From positions 3,412,001 through 3,476,000 of the forward strand of contig NC_086109.1 in the NCBI RefSeq assembly GCF_963921235.1: a stretch of 64,000 nucleotides of DNA, written 5' to 3'. Made by a program: the position numbers and the translations under genes. The notes below the pieces were generated by a model that was not told the DNA's origin, ran no database searches, and saw only the letters and a list, made by a program, of their open reading frames with translations. This DNA is from Mobula hypostoma. Lineage: Eukaryota. How positions within the stretch are numbered: the stretch's first letter is position 1; the number at the start of each line of letters is the position of its first letter. This document shows positions 13,069-25,129 of the stretch, in pieces.

Positions 13069-13614
13069 GTCAGTGAATCTGGCGATAGACTTGCTGAGGC
13101 ATTGGTTCTGGACCCCTGTCATTTCAGCTTTATTACTAAAAGGGTTACAAAGCCATGCTTCATTCCCAGGATTCAGGCATAAGGGATCTGACAGTTCTGC
13201 TGGGAGTGTTGGCCCAGCTTTCTCTCAACTGTTCTCTCGAGGCCGCCAGTCTCAGCAAGTCATCCAAGGGATATTTTGGAGGCTTTTCTGCCTTTTGTCA
13301 ATCACCTATCAGAGGTAATTGTAGTGAATAATGTCTGTGGTATAATGTGGAAACTGGAGATCAAATGGTTTCAATTGATTTACAATGGTTCAGCTCCCCG
13401 AACTTTTACCTCCGAGCAAGGACACCTTTTGGGAACCATTTCTATTCAACACACTTGCACAGGTCAAAGTGGAAAAATCAGCCTCTCCTGTGTTTCTCCT
13501 GGGTGGACAGATTGTTTTTCTCTCCCCCCCACCGCCTCCACATCACCCCTGACTCCCCACAGCAAAATGTCCAGGTAGTAGAAAGCTGTCATGCTGAATC
13601 ATACAGCTCTATAA

Positions 13615-14110
13615 AAAGTTCAAAGTAAATTTATTGTCAAGTATATATAACTCACCATGCACTACCCTGAGATTCTTTTTCTTGTAGGCATTTACAGTAG
13701 AATACAAAGAGACACAATAGATTTAATGAAAACACACACTATCATGAGATAGGAGCAGAATTAGGCCATTTAGCCCATTGAGTCTGTTCCGAATCCAATA
13801 CGGACAACCAATGTGCAAAATATGACAAACTGTGCAAGCACAAAATAGAGAAAAAAGTAATGATAACAAATAAATAAATAATAAATATCAAGCACATGAG
13901 TTGCAGAGACCTTAAGAGTGAGTCTATAGGTTGTGGATTCAAGTCAGTGTTGGGATGCGTGAAAACATCCCCTCTGGTTCGAAAGCCTTGTGGTTGAGGG
14001 GGTAATAACGGCTCCTGATCCTGCTGGTAGTGTGGGATGAGGCTCCTGTACCTTCTTCCTGACGGCAGCTGTGTGAAGAGAGCATGACCTGGGTGGTGGG
14101 GGTCCTTGAT
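13615..14110 (-). mobile_element. L2/Rex1-group LINE 3' fragment containing a small CR1 tail insert
   Basis: aaagttcaaagtaaatttatt tail; homologous to 41596-42086; CR1 tail (ataggagcagaattaggccatt) near 13745-13790. Confidence 0.75.
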
Positions 14111-14111
14111 G

Positions 14112-14815
14112 AAGGACTTGAGAGTCCTTGGGCGAGATTCCCTAAGATTAATTTGCAGTCTGAGTTTGTGCTGGGGAAGGCAAGCGCAATGTTAGCATTC
14201 ATTTCGAGAGGACTAGAATATAAAAACAAGGATGTAATGCTGAGGTTTTATAAGGCACTGGTGAGGTATCACTGAGTATTGTGAGCAGTTTTGGGTCCCT
14301 TATCTAAGAAAGGATGTGCTGACGTTAGGGTTCAAAGGAGGTTCACGTAAATTATTCTGTGATTGAGGAGTGTTTGATGGCTCTGGGCCTGTACTCGCTA
14401 GAATTCAGAAGAATTGGGTGGGGGGGGGGATGTCATTGAAACCTATTGCATGTTCAAAGGCCTCAAAAGAGTGGGTGGTTCCTATGGTGGGAGAGTCCAT
14501 AACCAGAATAGATGGATGCCCATTTAGAATGGAGATGAGGAGGAAATTCTTCAGCCAGAGAGTGGTGAATCTGTGGAATTTGTTATCACAGGTGGCTGTG
14601 CAGGCCAAGTCATTGGGTGGGTGTGTATATGTGTATATATATATATATAAGAGGTTGATAGATTCTTGATTAGTCAGGGCATGAAGGGATGCGGGGAGAA
14701 GGCAGGAGACTGGGACTGAGAGGGAAAATGGATCAGCCATGATGAAATGGCGGAGCAGACTTGATGGGCCAAATCGCCTAATTCTGCTGCTTTATCTTGC
14801 GGTCTTGTGGTCTAT
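14112..14815 (+). mobile_element. CR1 LINE 3' part
   Basis: KASAMLAFISRGLEYKNKDVMLRFYKALVR (ORF 14084) and FRMEMRRKFFSQRVVNLWNLL (ORF 14370); 3'UTR gatgaaatggcggagcagacttgatgggcc. Confidence 0.9.
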
Positions 14816-15320
14816 ATGGTGGATGATGTTCTCTTGTGGCAGCGGTCTGTGTATATGCGCTTAATGTTGGGAAGAGCTTTTCCTGGGATGGACTGGGCTG
14901 TGTCCACTACTTTTTGCAGGCTTTTCCGTTGAAGTGCATTGGTGTTCCCATACCAGGCCATGATGCAACCGGTTGCTATAGTCTCCTCCACGCACCAATA
15001 GAAATTTGTCACTGCAGCACAGAAACAGGTTTTTCAGCCCACTTGGTATATGCCGAACAGTTATTCTGCCTGGTCCCATCAACCAGCACCCGGACCATAC
15101 CCCTCCATACCCCTCCCACCCTGTACTTATCCAAATTTCTCTTAATCAAGGCTGCATCCATCACTTCTACTGACGGCTCGCTCGTCTCTCATTTCCAGCA
15201 CCTGTCAGAGCAGAGTGTCTCAGATATAGCCATGGAGTTTTGTGACCATATGTAGTGCAGGACAGTGAAACATAGCAGCTGTTCAGCTCCTTTCTGCACG
15301 CAAGTTGGTGCAGCTTTGTA

Positions 15321-15479
15321 CAGCTGTACCTTAAATGGACCTCTGTTGATTAACGGAATCAGTTAACGAGTGGCTAATAAAACCAACGAGATTGTGTAGC
15401 CAGACTAGTGAGTCTTCCTCCACCTGGGCAGCAGTGACCATGGTGATCTTTTCCATGGTCACCTCGTTTCTATGGAAAC
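15321..15479. promoter_or_regulatory. Candidate enhancer motif cluster (E-box, CArG box, X-box-like palindrome)
   Basis: CAGCTG at 15321, CCTTAAATGG (CC[A/T]6GG) at 15329-15338 and GTTTCTATGGAAAC at 15466-15479, in non-repetitive DNA. Confidence 0.3.
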
Positions 15480-16552
15480 GTGGATTAGAATAGGGAAGAA
15501 TCTGAGTTTTGTCAGCATCCATGATAGATGCTGCCTGACTTGCTGAGTTCCTCCAGCAGTTTGTGTGTGCAGCTCAAGATTTATGGCACCTGCAGAATCT
15601 CTTGCGTTTGGAATCTGAGCTTTGCCCATTTTCCTTTTCCAGTTGTCTTCATTTTGAAATGGTGAAGGGAGAACTGGGTTACAATAGCTCTGTAGCAATG
15701 GCCCAGATAACTTGCACATGAAGGTCCATATTCTTGTTTAATTCAATAAAGAACTGGCAGATAGTTCTTCAGCTAAGCAGTCTATTACAGTTGGTCTTTT
15801 TAATTCGCGGTGTGTTCTGACCTCTCTTTGGCCTCACCGCTCCCTCTCTGAAATCTCCTTGTCCTGTCACTTCAGATCGCTGTCCTCCATTAACTCTGGC
15901 CTGTTTCATCCACATATTTAATTTCACCTCCAATGGCAGCCACAACTTCAGCAGATGGAACCGTAACTTTTCTAATTCCCTCCCTGCTCTCTTTCTGTCT
16001 CCTTAAAGCTGTCCTCTGTCACCAGATGTCCTAATCTAGATGTATGGCATCAGAGTTTTCAAATTCAAGTATGTGACCTTGCAATTCGTCTTCTTGCTGG
16101 CAGCCACAAAACAAAGGAACACCATAGAACTCATTTAAAGAAAAACTCCCTCACAACAAGACTATTAAATGTGTGTGGGGGTGGGGGGAACAAATCACCC
16201 AAACAACAAAAAGCAAACAAATAACACACATTAAACATCAAACTGCAAAGTCCCCGAAAGTGAGTCCACAGCCATGGGCCGCCAAGGCGAGTGAAGCTGC
16301 TCCAGGAGCCAACGCCCGCGGCCACCACCACTGAGTCAGTCAGTTCAGCGCTGTGTCGATGGTCGCACGCCGCAGCCACGGATCCGGTTGTGCACCAAAG
16401 TGTCTCAAACAGATCGCGCCACTGCTCCCCAGATCTCTGCACATCACAGAAACCAACTTCCCTCCGTGAACACTATCCATACTATTCAGCATAATCAAAA
16501 GCTCCACCCTCCACAGACATTCTTTCTTTACTTCCCACCCACACAGAACAGG

Positions 16553-16901
16553 CAGAAACATGGAAAACCTACAGTACGATACAGGCCCTTTGGCCCGCAG
16601 TGCTGTGCCAAACATGTACTTACTTTCGAAATTACCTAGGGTTACCCATAGCCCTCTTTTTTCTGAGCTCCATGTACCTATTCAGGAGTCTCTGAAAGAC
16701 CCTATCATTTCTGTCTCCACTACCGTCACCGGCAGCCCATTCCATGCACTCACCACTCTCTGCATAAAAAAACTTACCCCTGACATCTCCTCTGTACCTA
16801 CTTCCAAGCACCTTAAAACTATGCCCTCTCGTGTTAGCCATTTCAGCCCCGGAAAAAGCCTCTGACTATCCACACGATCAATACCTCTCATCATCTTATA
16901 C
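16553..16901 (-). mobile_element. Young CR1 LINE 3' end
   Basis: MYKMMRGIDRVDSQRLFP / TRGHSFKVLGSRYRGDVRGKFF; reverse complement of about 18850-19203. Confidence 0.92.
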
Positions 16902-17214
16902 AAGGGAGAAGATTCAAAAGCCTAGAAGCTCGTACCAACAGGCTTCTACCCAGGTTTTAAGACGATTGAACAGTATGGCCTATCCTGGGGCTGGAGGCCT
17001 GTGTGTTTGTGTATGTGTGAGGGGGTGAGATGGGGGCTTGTCCTGCCATTGTTGTTTATGCTGCTCGTGTTGTTCTGTGCTGTGTTGAACATCATGGGCA
17101 TGGTATGTTGGCACAGAATGTGTGGTGGCAGTTGTGGGCTGCCCCAGCACATCCTGGGGTTGGTTGGTCATGCAAGTGATGTGTTGCACTCTGTGCTTTT
17201 GATGTTCATGAGAT

Positions 17215-19203
17215 GAGTCATAGATGTAGTGTATATGGATTTTAGCAAGGCATTTAGTCATAGTCATACTTTATTGATTCCGGGGGAAATTGGTTTTCGT
17301 TACAGTTGCACCATAAATAATAAATAGTAATAAAACCATAAATCGTTAAATAGTAATATGTAAATTGTGCCAGGAAATAAGTCCAGGACCAGCCTATTGG
17401 CTCAGGGTGTCTGGCCCTCCAAGGCAGGAGTTGTAAAGTTTGATGGCCACAGGCAGGAATGACTTCCTATGACGCTCTGTGTTGCATCTTGGTGGAATGA
17501 GTTTCTGACTGAATGTACTCCTGTGCCCAACCAGTACATTATGTAGTGGATGGGAGACATTGTCCAAGATGGCATGCAACTTGGACAGCATCCTCTTTTC
17601 AGACACCACCATCAGAGAGTCCAGTTCCATCCCCACAACATCACTGACCTTACGAATGAATTTATTGATTCTGTTGGTGTCTGCTACCCTCAGCCTGCTG
17701 CCCCAGCACACAACAGCAAACATGATAGCACTGGCCACCACAGACTCGTAGAAAATCCTCAGCATCGTCCGACAGATGTTAAAGGACCTTAGTCTCCTCA
17801 GGAAATAGAGACGGCTCTGCCCCTTCTTGTAGACAGCCTCAGTGTTCTTTGACCAGTCCAGTTTATTGTCAATTCGTATCCCCAGGTATTTGTAATCCTC
17901 CACCATGTCCACACTGACCCCCTGGATGGAAACAGGGGTCACCGGTATCTTAGCTCTCCTCAGATCTACCACCAGCTCCTTAGCATTTTTCACATTAAGC
18001 TGCGGATAATTCTGCTCACATCATGTGACAAAGTTTCCTACCGTAGCCCTGTACTTGACAAGGTACCCCAAGCAAGGCTTATTGAGAAAGTAAGAAGGTG
18101 TGGGATCCAAGGGGACATTGCTTTGTGGATCCAGAACTGGCTTGGCCACAGAGTCAAAGAGTGGTTGTAGACAGGTCATATTCTGCGTGGAGGCCAGTGA
18201 CTGGTGGTGTGCCTCAGGGATCTGTTCTGGGACCCCTACTCTTTGTGATTTTATAAATGACCAGGATGAGGAAGTGGAGTGATGGGTTAGTAAATTTGCT
18301 GATGACACAAAGATTGGGGATGTTGTGGATAGTGTGGAGGGCTGTCAAAGGTTACTGCGGGGCATCGATAGGATGCAAAACTGGGCTGAGAAGTGGCAGA
18401 TGGAGTTCAACCCAGGTAAGTGTGAGGTGGTTCATTTTGGTAGGTCAAATATGATGGCAGAATATAGCATTAATGGCTAGACTCTTGGCAGTGTAGAGGA
18501 TCAGAGGGATCTTGGAGTCCGAGTCCATAGGACACTCAAAGCTGCTACACAGGTTGACTCTGTGGTTAAGAAGGCATATGGTGCATTGGCCTTCATCAAT
18601 CGTGGGATTGAGTTTAAGAGCCGAGAGGTAATGTTGCAGCTATATAGGACCATGGTCAGATCCCACTTGGAGTACTGTGCTCAATTCTGGTCGCCTCTCT
18701 ACAGGAAGGACATGGAAACCATAGAAAGGGTGCAGAGGAGATTTACAATGATGTTGCCTGGATTGGGGAGCATGCCTTATGAGAATAGGTTGAGTGAACT
18801 TGGCCTTTTCTCCTTGGAGCGACAGAGGATGAGAGGTGACCTGATAGAGGTTTTACAAGATAATGAGAGGCATTGATCGCGTGGATAGTCAGAAGCTTTT
18901 TCCCAGGGCTGAAATGGCTAGCACGAGAGGGCATAGTTTTAAGGTGCTTGGCAGTAGGTACAGAGTAGATGTCGGGGTAAGTTTTTTACGCAGAGAGTGG
19001 TGAGTGCGTGGAATGGGTTGCCGGTGACGGTGGTGGAGGCAGATACAATAGGGTCTTTTAAGAGACTCCTGGATAGGTACATGGAGCTTTGAAAAATAGA
19101 GGGCTATGGGTAAGCCTAGGTAATTTCTAAAGTACGTACATGTTCGGCACAGCTTTGTGGGCCGAAGGGCCTGTATTGTGCTGTAGGTTTTCTATGTTTT
19201 CTA
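17215..19203 (+). mobile_element. 5'-truncated CR1 LINE (RT to 3' tail), interrupted by a Rex1-type insertion
   Basis: DVVYMDFSKAF (to 17255) resumes as DKVP at about 18057, then [17 protein letters not shown] and KAYGALAFINRGIEFKSREVMLQLY; ends in a ttctatgt tail. Confidence 0.93.
17256..18054 (-). mobile_element. Young Rex1/Babar-type LINE, 5'-truncated
   Basis: ORF 17394-17993 KELVVDLRR...YKYLGIRIDNKLDWSKNTEAVYKKGQSRLYFLRRLRSF, open for 199 aa; aataaag plus (atgact)n tail. Confidence 0.9.
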
Positions 19204-19713
19204 AGATTGACTCTTGACCTCATAATCCACCTCATGACCTTTACCTTACTGTATAACTATGCTGGACTTTCTCAGTAACTGTAACATGTTATTCTGCTTT
19301 CTGTTATGTTTTATGGTCAGGGCATTGGGTATATTGAAGGCAGAGGCTGATAAATTCTTAATAAATCAAGGTGGGGGGAGAAGGTGGGAGATTGGGACAG
19401 AGGAAAAATGGATCTGCCATGATGAAATGGCAGAGCAGACTTGATGGGCCAAATGGCCTAATTCTGCTCCTAAACCTCACGGTCTGATGTTTTTCTCTTG
19501 CATAGCATCAATGTATTGATTATTGAAATTAGCTCTATGGATACCAGGCAAAACGTGATGCCACGACAATAGTGAACCAATTTACCAGAGCACTTTGGGA
19601 CTATTTTCTCCACTTAAAGGTGCTATATAAATGCACATTGTTGCTGAAAGACCATCGAATGAAGGGAGAGGACGGGGTTCTGGGGGCTGAAGGGAGAGGA
19701 TGGAATTTTCAAA

Positions 19714-20368
19714 TGTTTATTTATTTATTTATTGGGACGAAGCGCAGAATAGCCCCCGTTGGCCCTTTGGGCTGCACCACCCAGCAATCCCCTGATTTAA
19801 TCCCGGCCTAGTCACAGGACAATTTACAATGACCCATTAACCCACCATCTTTGCTCTTTGGGAGGAAGCCAGGACACCCGGAGGAAACCCATGCGGCCAC
19901 TGGGGGAGCATACAAACACCTGATAGACAACAGCGGAATCACGGGACGATTTGCAATGACCAATCAACCTACTGTCCGGTGCGACTCTGGAAGCCTGAGC
20001 ACCAGAGGAAACCCAAGAGGTCACGGGGAGAACGTACGAAACTCCTTACAGGGCGGCGATAGCGTAGCGGTTGGCGTACCAGCGACCCGGGTTCAATTCG
20101 TGCCGCTCTCTGAAAGGAGTCCGTACGTTCTGCCTGTGGCCGCATGGGTTTCCTCCGGGTGCTCTGGTTTCCTCCCACAGTCCAGCTGGTAGGTTCATTG
20201 GTCATTGTAAGTTGTCCTGTGATTAAGCTAGGATCAAATCAGGAGTTGCCAGGGCGTGTGGCTTGAAGAGCCGGAGGGGCCGATTTCACACTGTATCAAA
20301 AGAAATACAGACAGTGTCAGAAACTGAGCCCAGGTCACTGGTATGTAACATGTTGTGCTTACCACTGT
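19714..20368. mobile_element. Cluster of tRNA-derived V-SINEs: a plus-strand copy (about 20051-20305) nested in minus-strand copies
   Basis: A box gatagcgtagcgg, B box gggttcaattc, V-domain gggtttcctccgggtgctctggtttcctcccaca; minus-strand V-domains near 19860-19900 and 19990-20040. Confidence 0.8.
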
Positions 20369-21339
20369 GGCCGATGGTTTATGGTTGCTCGGGGCAGAAG
20401 GTGACAAGCAGTGGGTGCTCTGCCAATTAGCAGGATTTGGGCAAGTCTCTGTGTCAGACAGTGTGTGTGTGTGTGTTCATGGAGTGTAAGTGTTTTCCGA
20501 AAGGTCTCCTTACTATGGGCAGGTGGTCCGAACGTAAGCAGCTCTCTCAAACATTTGGCCCCAGGACATCTCGAAAAACTGCTGTTGCTGCTGTTTGAGT
20601 AGAATGTGCAGTTCTTGTCTGACCACGGGGAAGCGAAATAATGACCCGGTGCTGGTGAGATCACCATCAGTCATTGGAGCTGAGAAGAATGATCAAGGCT
20701 CTTGGCCAGTGTCGGATTATTTATCGTGCTCCGCCCCCCTGGGGCATCTTTAAATGAGCCAAGGGCAGATAAGAGGTCGTTTCTGCCATAACCTTGTGTA
20801 AGGCAGGGCTGGAATCCAATTTAAGAACAATAACAAATGGGTATCTCACTGTAGCTTTGACCTGGTACGTTGTGAGGGTGCCTGTGGTCATTGACAGAAA
20901 TGGCAGGCGAACCCATGGGTAAAGGCGGTTAGCAATGTTGCTATTTGTAGTTCCTGATTGGTATGATTGTAAGCAGTGCTTTTAAAAATATATTCACAGG
21001 TGGGTTATGGGCCCCGTCTGTGAAGTTGGTGTAGATTTTATTCTGAACTGGGAGGGTTGCTGTAACACATCAGGGAGCAGTTCAGAGTCAGACAGATTGT
21101 TGTGGGCCTGGAGTCGAGCGCAGACCAGAATTATAACAGCAATTGTCCTTTTCTAGAGGACACGAGTGACCCAGATTGCTAGTTGTGTTCATTCCAGTAT
21201 TTAATGAACTAAAAATAAAGAGTTGACTGTAGGATTGAGACTTGTTCCTTGCTGTATTAGATCCAGACCACACTTGTTTATTTTGTGATACACCACAGAG
21301 TGGCCTCTTCCAGCAATTCAAGCCAGGCTGTGCCAGCAA

Positions 21340-21553
21340 CTCCACAAACCCTAACCTAGTCACGGGACCACTTAACCTAACCGGTATGCCTTTGGACTGT
21401 GGGTGGAAACCAGAGCACCCGGAGAAAACCCACGCGTTCCACCGGGAAGACGTACAGAGAATCCTTGCAGAATGGCGCCAGAGTTGAACTCTGAACTCCG
21501 GTCTGCCCCCAGCTTTAGTAGCACAGTGCTAACTGCTACGGTCCCATGGCGCC
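21340..21553 (-). mobile_element. V-SINE
   Basis: gtgggtggaaaccagagcacccggagaaaacccacg is the reverse-strand V-domain. Confidence 0.8.
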
Positions 21554-22081
21554 CATGCAGTTACCAGCCTGGTCATTTAACCACAGTGCTACCAGTTCCC
21601 AAGGAACGCGACTAACCCCATGTTGATCATTAAGAGCCTTTGCCCTACCAACAATCTGAACGTTTGAAACAAACAGCATTTTGTAAATTCCACATCTGCT
21701 CGTAGCTGAGGGCCTAATGAAATATGTTTGATGCATTGAATTCCAGGTCTGTCGCATTGCACACATTCATGTAACTGAAATCATTACATTTTCTCAAAAG
21801 TTATGGAAAAGACATCAGAGTTGGAGTGAAAAATGAATATACATGCAACATTCTGTTTTACTGTGTAAGGGAGTAAATACTTCCAGCAGCTATGGTTTGT
21901 TGTATTCGGGATTTGTACTTGGTGTTCTACATATAATAATCATCTGGCTCTTAATATCTGCTCAATTTTTTCATTAATTTATCATTCCTTTATTGTAGCA
22001 GGTTACCTTCACAAAGTCATGGCGTTATTCAGAAACAGGCCTTTCAGCCCACTGTGTCTGTCCCACTCGCTGTAATTGTCT

Positions 22082-22335
22082 ACTGCTACTTCTTCAGCCC
22101 ATCACCCCTACTGGGGCATAGGCCACTGACAGTAGAATGTCCGAGGCCTCTGCTCTGGGCCAGTCTTTCAAGCTGTCCCCAGCTGTAGCCCATCTCCTTG
22201 CTCTAGTCCTCTCCCAGGGATGAGATCTTTGGGGTTTCTCCTGGTGCTTCTGTAGCACTGGGTCTTTACAGGATGGTTGTTAGTTCCAGTCCAAACCCTC
22301 CTCCTTCTGCAGGCAGAATTGTACGGGTCCACTGT
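22082..22335 (-). mobile_element. RTE-derived short retroposon
   Basis: Reverse strand ends ggcctatgccccagtaggggtgatgggctgaagaagtag, an RTE-like 3' end with a short-repeat tail. Confidence 0.5.
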
Positions 22336-22389
22336 AGTCTGTTTTTATCCTCATTAGGTCATGGCCTTGTATTGCTTGACAATTCAAGT

Positions 22390-24330
22390 ACTTTTCAAGA
22401 TGTTCTATTAATGTTGTAAGAGTTTCAGCCTTCACCACCTCCTCAGGTGTGTGTTGCAGAGTACAAAGCCAACTGCATGAAAATATTCCCCTTCCAATCC
22501 CTCTAACTCTCCTATCTCTTCCTTGTGCCCTCTTGTCTTGGTCACTCCTACCAGGGGAAAGATACTTGTACATTCTACCCTTTCTATCCTCCTTGTAATG
22601 TTGTATATCTCAGTGTGATCTTCTCTCCTCCATTCCAGAGGGAAAAAAATCCCAGCCTATCCAGTCTCTCCTTACAATTGTGATGTTCCAATCCGGGCAA
22701 CACACTGGTGAATTTCCTGTGCACCTTCTCCAGGACAGTTAGTCCCTCCTGTAGCTGGCCCCTCAGAACTGTGCAGAGTTTCTCAGGTGTTGCTTAACTA
22801 ATGATTTACAAAATTGTAACATGTATGAACTCTTGTATTCCACGTCACCACCTTAAACACCCGTGCTCTACGTTTAGGGATCTGTGGACTTGTAATCCAA
22901 GGACCCCCTGATTAATTCTCCTTGGGACCTACCGTTTACTGTATTTATTTATTTATTTAGCGAGACATCACAGACTCGGCCTTTCCAGCCCTTTGAGCCA
23001 CACCATCCCAGCAACACCCGACAAACTTGATTACCCCGAATCTAATCATAGGAAAATTTGCAATGACCAATTAACTTGCCCGTTGGGGTCCTTGGACTGT
23101 GTTAGGAAACTGAAGGACCTGGAGAAACCCCCAAATTCCATGGGGAGGATGTACAGAGACTCCTGACAGCATGGAGCCAGAATTGAACTCCAAACTCCGG
23201 ATTGCCCCGAGCTGTAACAGTGTTGTGCTAACCACTACACTACCAGGTATCACCCTTCCCTCACCTTCCAAATTCCATCTACCATCGCTCTGTTAGCCTC
23301 CGTCTATGAACTGCTGTAGCCTAAGCAATGGTCCTTCTGATCCACAAACCAGCAACTTTTGTGTCTGTTGCCACTTACTCCCTACATTCGCATCTAAGTC
23401 TCTAATACATTCCACAAACAGCAAGGGTTACAGCACTGATCCTTATGGTACACCACCAGTCACAAACTTCCAATTTCTTCCGCCAACATCTCTCTGTTTC
23501 CTACCACCAAGCCAATTTTAGATCCAGTTTCCCAGCCTTGGATCCCATGGACTCTGTCCTTCTGCAGCAACCAACCCTGAAGGACCTCGTCAGGGGTCTT
23601 AGCAAAGTCCATGTAGTCAACATTTACTGCACTGCCCTCATTAGTATGCATTATTACCTCCTCAACTGAATTTTTGAGGCAGGACTTCCCAGGAACAGAG
23701 CCAGCCTGACTATTACTAATTAATCTTTGGCTTTTCAAAGAAAGATAAATCCCTTTCCTTAGAATTCCTTTGCAGCAGTTTTGTGTTTCAGTGAAGATGG
23801 CAAGTTTAGGGAATCTTTGATTGCAAAGGATATAAGAGAGGACTTGAGAAAGAAATTAGGAGAGCGGAAAGAGGCCATTAAGTATCCTTGTCAGGTAATA
23901 CTAATGAGCATCCTAATCATTCTGTGAGATTGCTGATAACACAAATATTGGTGGAGTCACAGACTGTGAAGGAGTAACACAGCAGAATATAAACCAATTG
24001 GAAAATGTGGGCAGAGAAATGGCAGTAGGAATGTAGTGTAGAGAGGTGTGAGATGCTTCACTTTGGGAGGTCAAATGTAAAAGGAATGGATACAGGAAAT
24101 GGCAGCCCCTGATGTATGGCAGGATCTTGGGGCACCTTCTGAAAGGAGCAACAAACAGATTACTGGTAAAGCAGGTGAACGACTATCTTGTGTACATTAG
24201 TACAGACAGCAAATATAAATAAACATCAGGAAGTTATTGTTGCTGCAGTTTAGGCCCTTGGTTCAGCACTTGGTAAGCACGTGGCCTAATGTGTGTAGTT
24301 CAGGTCACTGCATGACAGCAGAGATATAGA
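22390..24330. mobile_element. Decayed CR1 fragments (minus about 22390-22940 and 23265-23790; plus about 23800-24330) with a V-SINE at about 22945-23245
   Basis: ORF 23460-23738 GKSCL...AVNVDYMDFAK; minus-strand V-domain near 23100-23160. Confidence 0.7.
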
Positions 24331-24651
24331 GCAAGGGTTCTTAACTTCTTTTATTCCATTGACTTCTGGGCAGTCTGGTGAAACCTATGGACCCCTTTTC
24401 AGAATAATGTATTTCAATAGATATAGAAAACAAAGTACCTAGGATTACAAAAGAACCTATTATATTGAAATATAGTTATCAAAATATTTTAAAAGCTAAT
24501 TTGTGATATATGTACTTAATGCATGAACTAACAAGTGGCAATAATAGTATCGTAAATGATATTTTGATGTTTGTAACAACTGTAATGTGATTTGAAAATA
24601 TCTGTGATTTCTATCAGTGACAAGGTCACAGCTACTACTAAAACTACTGTG

Positions 24652-25022
24652 GAATCAGAATCAGGTTTAATATCACTGGCATGTGTTGTGAAATTTGTTG
24701 TCTTTGTGGCAGCAGTACAGTGCAATACATAATAAAAAACTGAACTACAGTATATATAAAATAACAAAGAGTTAGATTAAATAAGCACTGCAAAAAATAG
24801 TGAGGTAGTGTTCATGGGTTCAATGTCCATTCAGAAATCTGATGGCAGAGGGGAAGAAGCTACTTTTGAATCATTGAGTGTGTGTCTTCAGGCTCCTGTA
24901 CCTCCTCCCTGATGGTAACAATGAGAACAAGGCATGATCTGGTTGGCTGGGGTCCTTGATGATGGATGCCGCCCTTTTAAGGCACTGCTCTTTGAAGATG
25001 TCCTGTGTGCTATGAAGGCTAG
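24652..25022 (-). mobile_element. L2/Rex1-group LINE 3' fragment
   Basis: gaatcagaatcagg tail; QDIFKEQCLKRAASIIKDPSQPDHALFSLLPSGRRYRSL. Confidence 0.88.
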
Positions 25023-25129
25023 ATTTGTTGCATACATTCATAATTAAAGGAAATTCAATTTCATTTAGAGGTTGGTGAAAGTAAAGATGTAAATTTGTTT
25101 CCATCCAAGTTCACAGACCTCCTGGAATC

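Noticed and set aside
17394..17993. 199-aa ORF as a host gene
   Set aside because: It is the C-terminus of a Rex1-type LINE ORF2, present in four near-identical dispersed copies with retroposon tails.
21209..21218. MEF2 site CTAAAAATAA
   Set aside because: Isolated AT-rich match, expected by chance in 64 kb.
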